Source: Gammaproteobacteria bacterium | GTDB taxonomy: Bacteria; Pseudomonadota; Gammaproteobacteria; Eutrophobiales; Eutrophobiaceae | Length of the DNA stretch: 64,000 nt | Assembly: GCA_016193395.1 (NCBI GenBank) | Contig: JACPSH010000015.1 | Location: 102,483 to 166,482, forward strand | Reading direction: 5' to 3' | Shown here: piece by piece, positions 32,651-44,179 of the stretch | Layout: each line of letters opens with the position of its first letter | Numbering within the stretch: the stretch's first letter is position 1 | Made by a program: the position numbers and the translations under genes | The notes under the pieces: model-generated | Told to the model about the DNA's origin: nothing | Database searches by the model: none | What the model saw: only the letters and a program-made list of their open reading frames with translations

Positions 32651-34582
32651 TTACTGGTCGACCAACTTTTCCAATTCGTCCATGAGGCGGTCGAAGCGCC
32701 TGACCAATGCCTGGTACGGCTCAGGCTGCGTCATGTCGAGCCCGGCCTTCCTGTAGAGCTCGTATGGGTAGTCGGAACCGCCGGCGCGCAGCAGGTTGAG
32801 GAAATTTTCGCGCTCCTTCTTCCCTCCATTCACGATCTGGTCGGTGAAATACGCCGCGCCCACCATCGATGTGGCGTATTGGTACACGTAGAAGCCGTAA
32901 TAGAAATGCGGGATGAAGGCCCACTCCACGCAATACGGCTCGTCCACGGTCATCACGCCCTGATCGTGGCCGTGGTAATGTTTGAGAAGATCGCAGTACA
33001 TCTGAGTCAGCCGGTCGCCGGACAGGGCTTCGCCGCGTTCCAGGACTTCGTGCACCTGCAACTGGAACTCTGCAAACATGGTCTGGCGGAAAAACGTGGC
33101 GCGCATGTCCTCCAGCGCCCCGCCGATGAAGAACAACCTGTCTTCGCGCGACTTCGCGGTGCGGATCAGGTAATCCTGCAGCAGCATCTCGTTCATGATC
33201 GAGCCGGTCTCGGCGGTGAACGTCGAGTAGTCCGACTTCTCGAACGGCTGGTTCTTCGTGGTCAGCAGGGTATGCACGGCATGGCCCCACTCGTGGGCGA
33301 AGGTGGAGAGCGAAGAGAAGTCGTCGTTGTGGTTGAGAAGAAGGTACGGATGCACGTCGTAGGCGCTGCCGTTCATGTAGGCGCCCGAGGCCTTCCCGTC
33401 CTGCGGGTAGGCGTGCATCCAGGATGATTCCAGGCCGCCGGCGAGCAGATCGCGGTACTCACGGCCCAGCGGTTTCAGCGCCTCCAGCGTGATGCGCCTG
33501 GACTCCGCCAGGGGGTACTTGCGATCGCTGGCGAACATCGACGGATAAATGTCGTAGTAATGCAGCTCATCCGTGATCCCGAGCAGTTGCCTGCGCAACC
33601 GCAGGTATCGATGGAACGACGGCAGCGCGGCGTTCACCTGCGCGACGAGCTGCCGGTATACCGACTCCGGCATGTTGTCGGTGAACAGAGCCGCCGCGAG
33701 CGCGTTCGGGAAGCGGCGGATCCGCGCCTGGTATACGTTGCCCGTGATCTCCGCGGCGAGTTCCGCGCCGAGCGTTTTCTGGAATCCCGCCCAGGCCCCC
33801 CAGAAGGTGTCGAACACCAGCTTGCGATCGTCGCGGTTCGCGACCTGGCGGTATTTCGAATAGTTCGCCTGGTCGAGCGTGACTTCCGTGCCGTCCGACA
33901 GTTTCACGGTTTTGAACGGCAGTTCCGCATCCGCCAGGATGTCGCGAACGTTGACCGGCTGGCGCAGCACGTCGCCCGCCCCGGCCAGCACCGCCTCCGC
34001 TTCATCGCCAAGCGTGTGCGGCTTCCCGCGCAGGATGTTATCCAGTGCGAAACCGTGGATCTGCGCCAGTTTCGGCTCGTTCGCTTCGAAGACCTGCACC
34101 TGCTGCGGGCCGATGGCGAGGATCTCCGGGGCGAGCCAGCTTGTCGCCGAATCCAGCCTGACCAGCAGGGCCTCGCCCAGGTCCTTGCGCTCGCCGTTCG
34201 GGCCGTCGCCGCGGTTCTCGTCGAACTTGAGCGAGGCATACACTGCCAGCCGCAGCGCGGCCTTCTTCACGCCGGAGATGCGATCGAAGGCCGCGAGCAT
34301 GGATCCCGCGTCGCGCCCCAACGTGCCCTTGAGATCCTCGAGCCCGGCCACCTCGTTCGAGATCGCCTCGTACTCGGCCTGCCAGTTTTCCGGCAAGGCA
34401 TACAGATCGGAGAGGTCCCACTCGCCGGGCGCATTCTGTGATTCCTCGCCGTTGACCTCCTCCGCCGCGCCCTGCTCGACGGGCATAGCGATCAACGCCG
34501 CCGCAATGACCATGATGGCCGCGAGACCGGGCCACGGGCGTGGACGTACTGATTCCTGAGTCATGCCAGGCTGTTGGTTCAT
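32651..34582 (-). CDS. M3-family oligoendopeptidase (PepF-like), secreted
   Basis: HEWGHAVH zinc motif; start set at MNQQPGMTQ (Met19 of ORF, preceded by a GGGAGA Shine-Dalgarno); signal peptide; about 643 aa. Confidence 0.8.
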   Translation of the reverse strand: MNQQPGMTQESVRPRPWPGLAAIMVIAAALIAMPVEQGAAEEVNGEESQNAPGEWDLSDLYALPENWQAEYEAISNEVAGLEDLKGTLGRDAGSMLAAFDRISGVKKAALRLAVYASLKFDENRGDGPNGERKDLGEALLVRLDSATSWLAPEILAIGPQQVQVFEANEPKLAQIHGFALDNILRGKPHTLGDEAEAVLAGAGDVLRQPVNVRDILADAELPFKTVKLSDGTEVTLDQANYSKYRQVANRDDRKLVFDTFWGAWAGFQKTLGAELAAEITGNVYQARIRRFPNALAAALFTDNMPESVYRQLVAQVNAALPSFHRYLRLRRQLLGITDELHYYDIYPSMFASDRKYPLAESRRITLEALKPLGREYRDLLAGGLESSWMHAYPQDGKASGAYMNGSAYDVHPYLLLNHNDDFSSLSTFAHEWGHAVHTLLTTKNQPFEKSDYSTFTAETGSIMNEMLLQDYLIRTAKSREDRLFFIGGALEDMRATFFRQTMFAEFQLQVHEVLERGEALSGDRLTQMYCDLLKHYHGHDQGVMTVDEPYCVEWAFIPHFYYGFYVYQYATSMVGAAYFTDQIVNGGKKERENFLNLLRAGGSDYPYELYRKAGLDMTQPEPYQALVRRFDRLMDELEKLVDQ

Positions 34583-34812
34583 TTTTCGATCTCCCGATCT
34601 GCCGCCCAGGCACATGGGTGTGGCATATGCTGGCATGGCTTCAGTCCTCGAGGGAAGGACAAGCGGACGGATCGTCTACCTTGTCACAATCACGCCATTG
34701 AAGTTCCCGTGCCTGGCTGGATCTCCCTACCGGTCCAGGTATGGCTGGCGTAAAGTGAGCTTCAGTCGAGCAATCGGCTCGCCCGCGACCTGAAACTCCT
34801 CCGGACTGTTCC

Positions 34813-36852
34813 ATGGCAACCGATCCAAATGAAGAAGGAACAATAAGCGTAACCGGCGTGATCCCTGCCTCCAGCACGTCGTACATCGAGGCGCTGCTGA
34901 GCGGGCAGACTTACAAGTGGGGTGGTGCTCTGGGGGCAGGCGTCACCATCACCTACAGCTTCCCCGGCAACTTCACGAACGATCCTCCCTACTGGAGTCC
35001 GGATTATTCAGACGAGGATGAAAATCTGGCCGTGTCCTATCTTAACGCCGGCCAGGCGGCGGCCTTCAGTGACGCGTTGCAGGCATGGGCGGACGTTGCG
35101 AACCTCACCTTTAACCAGGTCGACGACAGTCTAGGCAGCAGCACCACGGTGGGCGTGATCCGGGCAGCGTTTTTCAACAACATGACGGACGCCAGCGGCT
35201 GGGCGACTTATCCGACCTATTGGGCCGAGGGCGGCGATGTGTGGCTGAACCCGGATTCCGGCATCTGGAGCGGGGCTGATCTGGCTGCGGGCGGCGCCGG
35301 GTTCAGCACCATGCTGCACGAAATCGGCCATGCCCTGGGTCTCTCGCACCCACTGGATGGGGGCACGACGCCGGGATACGACCTGCGCACGACCATCATG
35401 TCGTACAACATCGGGCCGCACGGCTGGTTCCGCGAGGTGACGGAGACGAGTCCCGGCAGCTTCAGCTGGACCTACACGCCGGTCGAGCCGGAAACGCCGA
35501 TGATCAAGGACATCGCCGCCATTCAGTATCTTTATGGAGCGAACACGTCGTTTCAGACCGGTGACAACCTTTACACCTTCGGTACGTCAACGCCGTTTCT
35601 CAAAACCATCTGGGACGCGGGCGGCGAAGACACGATCTCCGTTGCGAATTTCACGCGCGGATGCGAGATCGACCTGGTTCCCGGCCACCTGAGTTCGATC
35701 AGCATTCCCTCCGACGAATTGCCGCCCTTTGCAACGGAAGACGACCCGGGAAGTGTCTATGACGGCACCGACAACCTGGGCATCGCCTTCGGGACCATCA
35801 TCGAGAATGCCATCGGCGGCAGTGGCCCTGACCGGCTGGTCGGTAACTCCGCCGCAAACGATCTCACCGGCAATGCCGGCAACGACACGCTCATTGGCGG
35901 CGCGGGCAGTGACATTTTGACCGGCGGCAACGGCAACGATAGCCTCAACGGCGGCGCGGGCAGCGACACCCTGACCGGTGGCGCCGGGAACGACACTTAT
36001 ATTGTGACTGCCGGCGACACGATCGTGGAGGCCACCAGCGCAGGCATGGACACGGTACAGAGTTCCGTGACGACCACACTGGGCGCCGAACTGGAGAACC
36101 TGGTCCTGACCGGGACGGCCGCGATCAACGGCACCGGCAATGAACTGAACAATTCCATCACCGGGAATGCCGGCAACAACATCCTGAACGGCGGGACCGG
36201 CAACGACACGCTGAGCGGCGGCGCGGGCAACGACACGTTCATCATCAACGGCGGCGACACCGTCGTGGAAGCCGCCAACCAGGGTACCGACACGGTGCAG
36301 GCTTCCGTATCTTTCGTGCTAGGGGCGAACGTCGAGAAACTGACACTGACCGGCGTGGGCAACCTGGTCGGCAATGGCAACGGGCTGGGCAACCTGATCA
36401 TTGGGAACACCGGCAAGAACACGATCAATGGCGGCACCGGCAACGACATCCTCGCCGGCGGCGCAGGCAACGACGTACTCATCGGCGGTCCCGGCGCGGA
36501 TTCGCTGAACGGCGGGCCCGGAGCGGATGCGTTCCTGTTCAGCACGGCACTCGGCGTTTCCAATGTCGACACGCTCAATGCCTTCTCGCACACGGACGAC
36601 GTGATCCGGCTGGACGATGACATCTTCACCGCCATCGGGCTTGCCCCGAACACGGTGCTGACGGCGGCCAAGTACAAGGAGAACGCCACCGGCGTGGCGA
36701 CCGACTCCAGCGACCGTATTGTCTATAACACCACGACCGGCGCGCTGTTCTACGACGCCGACGGCAACGGCCCGGGCGTGGCTGTGAGATTCGCGGTGAT
36801 CGCCGGCGGGCCGGATGACGTGGACCAGACGGATTTCTTCGTCGTCGGTTGA
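34813..36852 (+). CDS. Serralysin-like (M10B) zinc metalloprotease with RTX calcium-binding repeats and T1SS C-terminal target domain, paralog 1
   Basis: 679 aa; HEIGHALGLSHP zincin motif; many GGAGNDTL-type nonapeptide repeats; conserved ~150-aa C-terminus shared with 37377..39086 and 39241..40338 ending DQTDFFVVG. Confidence 0.8.
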   Translation: MATDPNEEGTISVTGVIPASSTSYIEALLSGQTYKWGGALGAGVTITYSFPGNFTNDPPYWSPDYSDEDENLAVSYLNAGQAAAFSDALQAWADVANLTFNQVDDSLGSSTTVGVIRAAFFNNMTDASGWATYPTYWAEGGDVWLNPDSGIWSGADLAAGGAGFSTMLHEIGHALGLSHPLDGGTTPGYDLRTTIMSYNIGPHGWFREVTETSPGSFSWTYTPVEPETPMIKDIAAIQYLYGANTSFQTGDNLYTFGTSTPFLKTIWDAGGEDTISVANFTRGCEIDLVPGHLSSISIPSDELPPFATEDDPGSVYDGTDNLGIAFGTIIENAIGGSGPDRLVGNSAANDLTGNAGNDTLIGGAGSDILTGGNGNDSLNGGAGSDTLTGGAGNDTYIVTAGDTIVEATSAGMDTVQSSVTTTLGAELENLVLTGTAAINGTGNELNNSITGNAGNNILNGGTGNDTLSGGAGNDTFIINGGDTVVEAANQGTDTVQASVSFVLGANVEKLTLTGVGNLVGNGNGLGNLIIGNTGKNTINGGTGNDILAGGAGNDVLIGGPGADSLNGGPGADAFLFSTALGVSNVDTLNAFSHTDDVIRLDDDIFTAIGLAPNTVLTAAKYKENATGVATDSSDRIVYNTTTGALFYDADGNGPGVAVRFAVIAGGPDDVDQTDFFVVG

Positions 36853-37025
36853 CATAACAAGGCCGGATGGCCGCTCCCGGTCCCACACAACTTCATCGGG
36901 GTCGCATCACCTGCTCCGACCCCTTCGTCATCCCGGAAGCCGCGCAGACGTCGTATTTCCCTGTCAAACGGCTGAATCACTGACCATAATTAACAGTGTC
37001 AAGCCTGGTCGGTGGGAGGCATGCC

Positions 37026-39086
37026 ATGACCACTAATATCAATTTAGTCGATCCGCTGACGTTGACCCGCGAAATGGTCCGGGTGGTTTTCCCGGTGGAA
37101 CAGACTCCGTTTGACGCACCGACCGATCCCGAAGTTTCCGCCTTGCCGGATCTGGTCTCGCGCTGGAATTACGCCAGCGATCCCGGTACCCCCGTCACGG
37201 TGACCTACGCATTCTCGTCAGAGGCGCCCGGCTACACGTTCGACTACGTCGACGATGCCGGTACCTATGCGGCCTTCACGGCGGAGGAAGAGACGTCCGT
37301 GGAGAACGTTCTGGATGCCTACGAGGCCGTGTGCGGCATCACTTTTGAGCGCGTCTAGGATCCTTCCACCGCGCAGATGGTTATACGGAAGGCGGACCTG
37401 GATGTGGGCATCTCGGGGCTTGGTTTTTTCCCGCCATTTTCCGGCACATCGCCCGCCTCCAGCGGCGACTTGTTTATCGACATTGCCGCGGCGGGGCAGG
37501 CCTACATCGCCTTCCACGAAATCGGGCATACCCTGGGTCTCGCCCACGCCTATGAAGACTGGTACAAGCCCACGCCGGAGGACTACGGCGTCGAGGGTGG
37601 CCGGCATTTGTCCGTGGTGGATCAGAACTACATTCCCAAACCTTATTACCTGACGGGTCCGCTCAATAATCCTTCAATTGCCACGATCTTTCAGCCGGTC
37701 ACACCCTCGCCGCTCGACATCCTGGCCCTGCAGATGCTCTATGGACCCAGCGCCACGGGCAATGCCGGCAATACGGTTTATACCTTCGATATCAACCCGA
37801 ATATCTACATGACGATTACCGACGCAAGCGGCACGGACACGATTGACGTCTCCAACCAGACCAATCCCTGCCTCATTTCACTGATCGAGGGTCAGTTCAG
37901 CACCATCGGCCTGCGCGACCCCTTCGAAGGCCGCTCGGAAAGCATCATCACCTGGGCAACCACGACCAACGGAATCGCCGCGGACGAATACAACGACGGT
38001 ACAGATTCCGTAGCGATCGCCTTCGACACGATCATCGAAAACGCCATCGGCGGAAGCGGTGGCGATCGGCTCATCGGCAACGACGCGGCCAATGACCTGG
38101 ACGGCGGCGCGGGCAACGACAAGCTCGAAGGCGGGATTGGCGCGGACTCGCTCGATGGCAATACCGGCAACGACACGCTGATCGGCGGGAGCGGCAATGA
38201 CACGCTGACGGGCGGCGCGGGCAACGATGTCTATATCGCCGACGCCGGCGACACGGTTATCGAGGCAGTCAACGCGGGAACGGATACCTTGCGCATCGCC
38301 GCGACGGCGACGCTCGGCGCCAACGTGGAGAAACTGGTCCTGCTCGGCAGCGCGGCCATCAACGGCATCGGCAACGAACTGAACAATTCCATCACCGGCA
38401 ACAGCGGCAACAACATCCTGAACGGCGGGACCGGCAACGACACGCTGACCGGCGGCGCCGGCAACGACACCTTCATCGTCAACGGCGGCGACACCGCGGT
38501 CGAGGCCGCGAACCAGGGCACGGACCTGGTGAAGGCCTCCGTATCCACCGTGCTCGGCGCGAATATCGAGAAACTGGTACTGACCGGCGCGGGCAACGTG
38601 GCCGGCACCGGCAACACCTTGGGCAACGTGATGACCGGCAACGGCGGCAACAACACCTTGAGCGGCGGCGCCGGCAACGACACGCTGAATGGTGCGGCGG
38701 GGAACGACACGCTCATCGGCGGCCCCGGCCTGGATTCACTGAACGGCTCGACCGGCCGGGACATCCTTCTGTTCAACTCACCACTGGGCGCCTCGAGCGT
38801 GGACACCATCAGCGGCTTCTCGCACGCCGATGACACGATCCGGCTCGATGACGACATCTTCACCGCCCTCGGACTCGCGCCCAATACCACGCTGACGGCG
38901 GCCAAGTACAAGGAGAACGCCACCGGCGTGGCGACCGATTCCAGCGACCGTATTGTCTACAACACCACCAACGGCAACCTGTACTACGACGCAGACGGCA
39001 ACGGCCCGGGCGTGGCTGTGAGATTCGCGGTGATCGCCGGCGGGCCGGATGACGTGGACCAGACGGATTTCTTCATCGTCGGCTGA
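37026..39086 (+). pseudogene. Serralysin-like RTX metalloprotease paralog 2 interrupted by an in-frame amber (TAG) codon
   Basis: ORFs 36996..37358 and 37377..39086 share one frame, separated only by TAG at 37356-37358, which falls within a region aligning to paralog 1 (ANLTFNQVDDS vs GITFERV*DPS); HEIGHTLGLAHA motif downstream; Shine-Dalgarno GGGAGG before ATG 37026. Confidence 0.6.
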
Positions 39087-39240
39087 GAGGAAATTGCCGA
39101 ATGAACGAAATTGAAGGCCGGAGTGACGCGGCGTAGAATCCGCGCAGTACGCGATTCAGTTTGCCGTCTTCCCGCCGACGAGCTGAACCGGTTCCGAAAA
39201 CAAGACATTCCGCCGAGGTGAACGGCAGGAGATCAACCCT

Positions 39241-40338
39241 GTGGCAACCGCAACGGCATTCCAGCCGATCAACATGGACGGGGCGTTGATCTGGGACGTC
39301 TCCGACTACCCCATCGCCAACGGCAGTCACATACAGGAAGTAGGTTTTTACGGAGAGGTTCAGGATTGGTACGGCAGTTTCATCTACGACTACTACGGGA
39401 ATATTTCAGGCGGATCCGTTACTAGCACGACCTCCTATCTGAATGGCGTTCAGCAATACACCGTCACCGGCCTCAATCATAATGTTGTCACCATCTTTGG
39501 ATACGTAAATTCCTCCAACGAGTCGGGGCTATTGAATTACCTGTTCAATGGCAATGACGTCTTCAACGGATCGAGCGGCGCGGATGTCATAAACGCCTAC
39601 GCCGGCAACGATTCCGTTCTTGGCAACGGCGGCAACGACGTCCTTAGAGGGGGAAGCGGCAATGACAGCCTGAACGGCGGTGCAGGCAACGACATCCTCG
39701 CCGGCGGCGCGGGCAATGACACCTATACCGTGACCACGGGCGACACCCTCGTAGAAGGCGCCAGCGCGGGCATCGACACAGTACGGAGTTCCGTGACGAC
39801 CACACTGGGCGCCAACCTGGAGAAACTGATCCTGACCGGCACGACCGCCATCAACGGCACAGGCAATACGCTGAACAACGCACTGACGGGCAACAGCGGC
39901 AACAACTTCCTCAATGGCGGCACCGGAAACGACACGCTGAATGGCGGGGCCGGAAACGACACGCTCGTTGGCGGCCCCGGCCTGGATTCACTGAATGGCT
40001 CGACCGGCCGGGACATCTTTCTGTTCAAATCTCCGCTGGGCGCTTCCAGCGTGGACACTATCAGCGGCTTCTCGCACGCCGATGACACGATCCGGCTGGA
40101 TGACGACATCTTCACCGCCATCGGGCTCGCCCCGAACACGGTGCTGACCGCGGCCAAGTACAAGGAGAACGCCACCGGCGTGGCGACCGACTCCAGCGAC
40201 CGCATCATCTACAACACCACCAACGGCAACCTGTTCTACGATCCAGACGGCAATGGCCCCACGGCCGCGGTCAAGTTCGCTGTAATCTCCGGTGGGCCGG
40301 ACGAGATCGACCAGACGGATTTCTTCGTCGTCGGATGA
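39241..40338 (+). CDS. RTX calcium-binding repeat protein with T1SS C-terminal target domain (no protease domain), paralog 3
   Basis: 365 aa; GTG start with AGGAGA Shine-Dalgarno; GGxGxD repeats; C-terminal ~150 aa nearly identical to paralogs 1 and 2. Confidence 0.75.
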   Translation: MATATAFQPINMDGALIWDVSDYPIANGSHIQEVGFYGEVQDWYGSFIYDYYGNISGGSVTSTTSYLNGVQQYTVTGLNHNVVTIFGYVNSSNESGLLNYLFNGNDVFNGSSGADVINAYAGNDSVLGNGGNDVLRGGSGNDSLNGGAGNDILAGGAGNDTYTVTTGDTLVEGASAGIDTVRSSVTTTLGANLEKLILTGTTAINGTGNTLNNALTGNSGNNFLNGGTGNDTLNGGAGNDTLVGGPGLDSLNGSTGRDIFLFKSPLGASSVDTISGFSHADDTIRLDDDIFTAIGLAPNTVLTAAKYKENATGVATDSSDRIIYNTTNGNLFYDPDGNGPTAAVKFAVISGGPDEIDQTDFFVVG

Positions 40339-40400
40339 AATAGAAAAGGGATCAGGGCGGATGCTCTGAATCCTCTTCCGGGCGCACGATTCACATCCCT

Positions 40401-40520
40401 GGATTCCGGGTCTCGCCGGCAATGCCGGCTTGCCCGGAATGACGAATCAGGAATGAGAGCACTCGGTCCGCGCCACTGGATTCCAGATCTCGTCGGCGAC
40501 GCCGGCTTGCCCGGAATGAC
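40401..40520. repeat. REP-like palindromic repeats (ggattccgg...gccggcttgcccggaatgac x2) in a convergent intergenic gap
   Basis: Two units sharing the 3' half gccggcttgcccggaatgac with nested inverted repeats; related to the ggattccggcgtgcgccggaatgac hairpins at 27514-27570. Confidence 0.6.
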
Positions 40521-40527
40521 CTAAAGA

Positions 40528-41823
<1,296 letters not shown>

Positions 41824-41860
41824 CTCACTTGCTCCTGTCATTTCAAATTCGGTCGGCGGG

Positions 41861-41966
41861 ATGGCCGCTCCCGGCCCTCCCTGGCCTCCGCGGCACCTGT
41901 ACTTCCATGTGCAATGGCCGCTCCCGGCTCTCCCTGGCCTCCGCGGCACCTGTACTTCCATGTGCA
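41861..41966. repeat. Tandem direct repeat, 2 x 53 bp (1 mismatch), in the ahcY 5' leader
   Basis: atggccgctcccggc(c/t)ctccctggcctccgcggcacctgtacttccatgtgca twice in tandem, 38 nt upstream of the ahcY start; motif ggatggccgctcccgg also at 36872. Confidence 0.7.
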
Positions 41967-42024
41967 ATTAATCCCGCCCTGCATTATCCCCGTGGGCCCG
42001 GATTCGCCCGGCCATCTGCTTTGT

Positions 42025-42969
42025 TCAGGCGGCGCGGTTGAGTTCGCGTCCGAAACTCTGCCGGTAACGGGTCTCGAACTCCTGAGCCGTGAACGTATGG
42101 TTCTGCGTGCCCTGCCGCTCGATCTTGATCGCGCCGAGCAGGGAGGCGATGCGCCCGGTGGTCTCCCAGTCGAGTCCGTGCATCAGTCCATGCAGCAGCC
42201 CGGCGCGGTAGGCATCGCCGCAGCCGGTCGGATCGACCACTGCCTCCGCCTTCGCGCTGGGGATGCTGATCCTGCCGTCCCTCGTATGGATGTCGGAGCC
42301 CTCGGCGCCGCGCGTCACGATCAACGCCTCGACCTGCCGGGTGATGCTCCGCACGGTCTCCCGGGTGCGTTCCTGCATCAACTGCCACTCGTAGTCGTTC
42401 ACCGTAATCCAGCGCGCCAGGGTGATGAACAGTTTCAGGTCATCGCCGTCGAACATGGGCATCCCCTGGCCCGGATCGAAAATGAACGGGATCCCCGCGG
42501 CGGCGAACTGCTTCGCATGCTCGATCATCCCGGTCCGGCCGTCCGGGGCGACGATGCCGATAGTCATCCCCTTCGTGTCCGCCACCTTGTTGAGGTGCGC
42601 GGAATTCATGGCGCCAGGGTGGAAGGCCGTGATCTGGTTGTCGTCCAGATCGGTCGTGATGAACGCCTGCGCAGTATGTTCCTCGTCCAGGACGCGGACG
42701 TGGTCCAGCGGCACACCCGACTTGCGCAGCCACTCCGCATACGGTCCGAAGTCCTTGCCGACCGTGCCCATCGGGTACCCGGTGTCGCCGAGCAGCCGGA
42801 GGCTATAGGCGATGTTGCCGGCGCAACCGCCAAACTCGCGCCGCATGTTCGGCACGAGGAATGAGACGTTCAGAATATGGATCCTGTCGGGCAGGATGTG
42901 ATTCTTGAAACGATCATGGAACACCATGATCGTGTCGTAGGCCATCGAGCCGCAGATGAGCGCGCGCAT
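42025..42969 (-). CDS. PfkB-family carbohydrate/nucleoside kinase, probable adenosine kinase
   Basis: 314 aa; ribokinase-fold motifs (GGCAGNIA, DPTGCGDAYRAG); sits between metK and ahcY. Confidence 0.75.
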   Translation of the reverse strand: MRALICGSMAYDTIMVFHDRFKNHILPDRIHILNVSFLVPNMRREFGGCAGNIAYSLRLLGDTGYPMGTVGKDFGPYAEWLRKSGVPLDHVRVLDEEHTAQAFITTDLDDNQITAFHPGAMNSAHLNKVADTKGMTIGIVAPDGRTGMIEHAKQFAAAGIPFIFDPGQGMPMFDGDDLKLFITLARWITVNDYEWQLMQERTRETVRSITRQVEALIVTRGAEGSDIHTRDGRISIPSAKAEAVVDPTGCGDAYRAGLLHGLMHGLDWETTGRIASLLGAIKIERQGTQNHTFTAQEFETRYRQSFGRELNRAA

Positions 42970-42981
42970 CGAACGTCTTCC

Positions 42982-44151
42982 TCAGGCGGCGGCTCCGAGT
43001 CCGACGAAGTCCCTGAGCGCGTCCGCCTTGTCGGTCTTCTCCCAGGGCACGTGCAGGTCGATGCGGCCGAAATGCCCGTAGGCCGCGGTCTGTTTATAAA
43101 TGGGCCGCAGCAGGTCGAGCATCTTGATGATGCCCTTCGGCCGCAAATCGAAAAGCGCGCGCACCGCCGCAGTCAACTTGTCCTCAGCGACCCTGCCCGT
43201 GCCGAACGTTTGCACGGCGATCGAAGTGGGTTCCGCCACGCCGATGGCATAGGACAACTGGATCTCGCAGCGGTCGGCGAGCCCCGCGGCAACGATATTT
43301 TTCGCGACGTAGCGTGCGGCGTATGAAGCGGATCGATCGACCTTGGACGGGTCCTTGCCCGAGAACGCGCCGCCGCCGTGGCGCGCCATGCCGCCGTAGG
43401 TATCGACGATGATCTTGCGCCCGGTAAGGCCGGTGTCGCCCAGCGGACCGCCGATCACGAAGCGGCCGGTCGGGTTGATGAAATACTTGGTGTCCCTGTG
43501 AAGCCATTCCTTCGGCAGCTCGTGCTTGAAGATCTCTTCGTGCACGGCCTCGCGCAGGTCTTCCTGCGAGATATCCGGGGAATGCTGCGTCGAGAGCACG
43601 ACCGCATCGAGCCGGACCGGCCTGCCGCCCTCGTAGCGCAGCGTGACCTGACTCTTGGCATCCGGGCGCAGCCACTTCAGCCCGCCCTTTTTGCGCACGT
43701 GGGCCTGGCGTCGCACCAGCCGGTGCGCCAGCGCGATGGGAGCGGGCATCAACTCAGGGGTTTCGTTGCAGGCAAAACCGAACATCAGCCCCTGATCGCC
43801 GGCGCCCTGATCCTTGTGGTCGCCCTCGTCCACGCCCATGGCGATGTCGGGAGACTGCTTACCCAGTGACACGAGCACGCCGCAGGCGTCATCGAATCCC
43901 ATCTCGGAGGAGGTATAGCCGATTTCGCGAATGGTCTGGCGCACCAAGCCCTGGATGTCGACGTAGGCCCCGGTGGTGACCTCCCCCGCCACCACGGCGA
44001 GCCCCGTCGTCACCAGGGCCTCGCAGGCGACCCGGCTCCTCGGATCCTGCTCCAGCATCGCATCCAGGATGGCATCCGAGATCTGGTCGCAGATCTTGTC
44101 CGGGTGGCCTTCGGAAACCGATTCCGAAGTAAAGACATGACTGTTGCTCAT
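42982..44151 (-). CDS. metK: S-adenosylmethionine synthetase
   Basis: 389 aa; [26 protein letters not shown]-terminus and [19 protein letters not shown] motif. Confidence 0.95.
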   Translation of the reverse strand: MSNSHVFTSESVSEGHPDKICDQISDAILDAMLEQDPRSRVACEALVTTGLAVVAGEVTTGAYVDIQGLVRQTIREIGYTSSEMGFDDACGVLVSLGKQSPDIAMGVDEGDHKDQGAGDQGLMFGFACNETPELMPAPIALAHRLVRRQAHVRKKGGLKWLRPDAKSQVTLRYEGGRPVRLDAVVLSTQHSPDISQEDLREAVHEEIFKHELPKEWLHRDTKYFINPTGRFVIGGPLGDTGLTGRKIIVDTYGGMARHGGGAFSGKDPSKVDRSASYAARYVAKNIVAAGLADRCEIQLSYAIGVAEPTSIAVQTFGTGRVAEDKLTAAVRALFDLRPKGIIKMLDLLRPIYKQTAAYGHFGRIDLHVPWEKTDKADALRDFVGLGAAA

Positions 44152-44179
44152 CGCCCTGCTCCGTCTCTAGGTTTGCGTG

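Noticed and set aside
35997-36689. Minus-strand ORFs of 160-230 aa inside the RTX genes (35997..36689, 38231..38923, 39723..40208 and others)
   Set aside because: They are mirror-frame artefacts of the GGxGxD-encoding repeats (Pro/Ser/Ala-rich, no start context). The plus-strand RTX reading frames have clear domain homology.
41861-41966. Possible CRISPR array (tandem 53-bp repeats)
   Set aside because: Only two directly abutting copies with no intervening unique spacers and no cas genes, so it is a simple tandem duplication.
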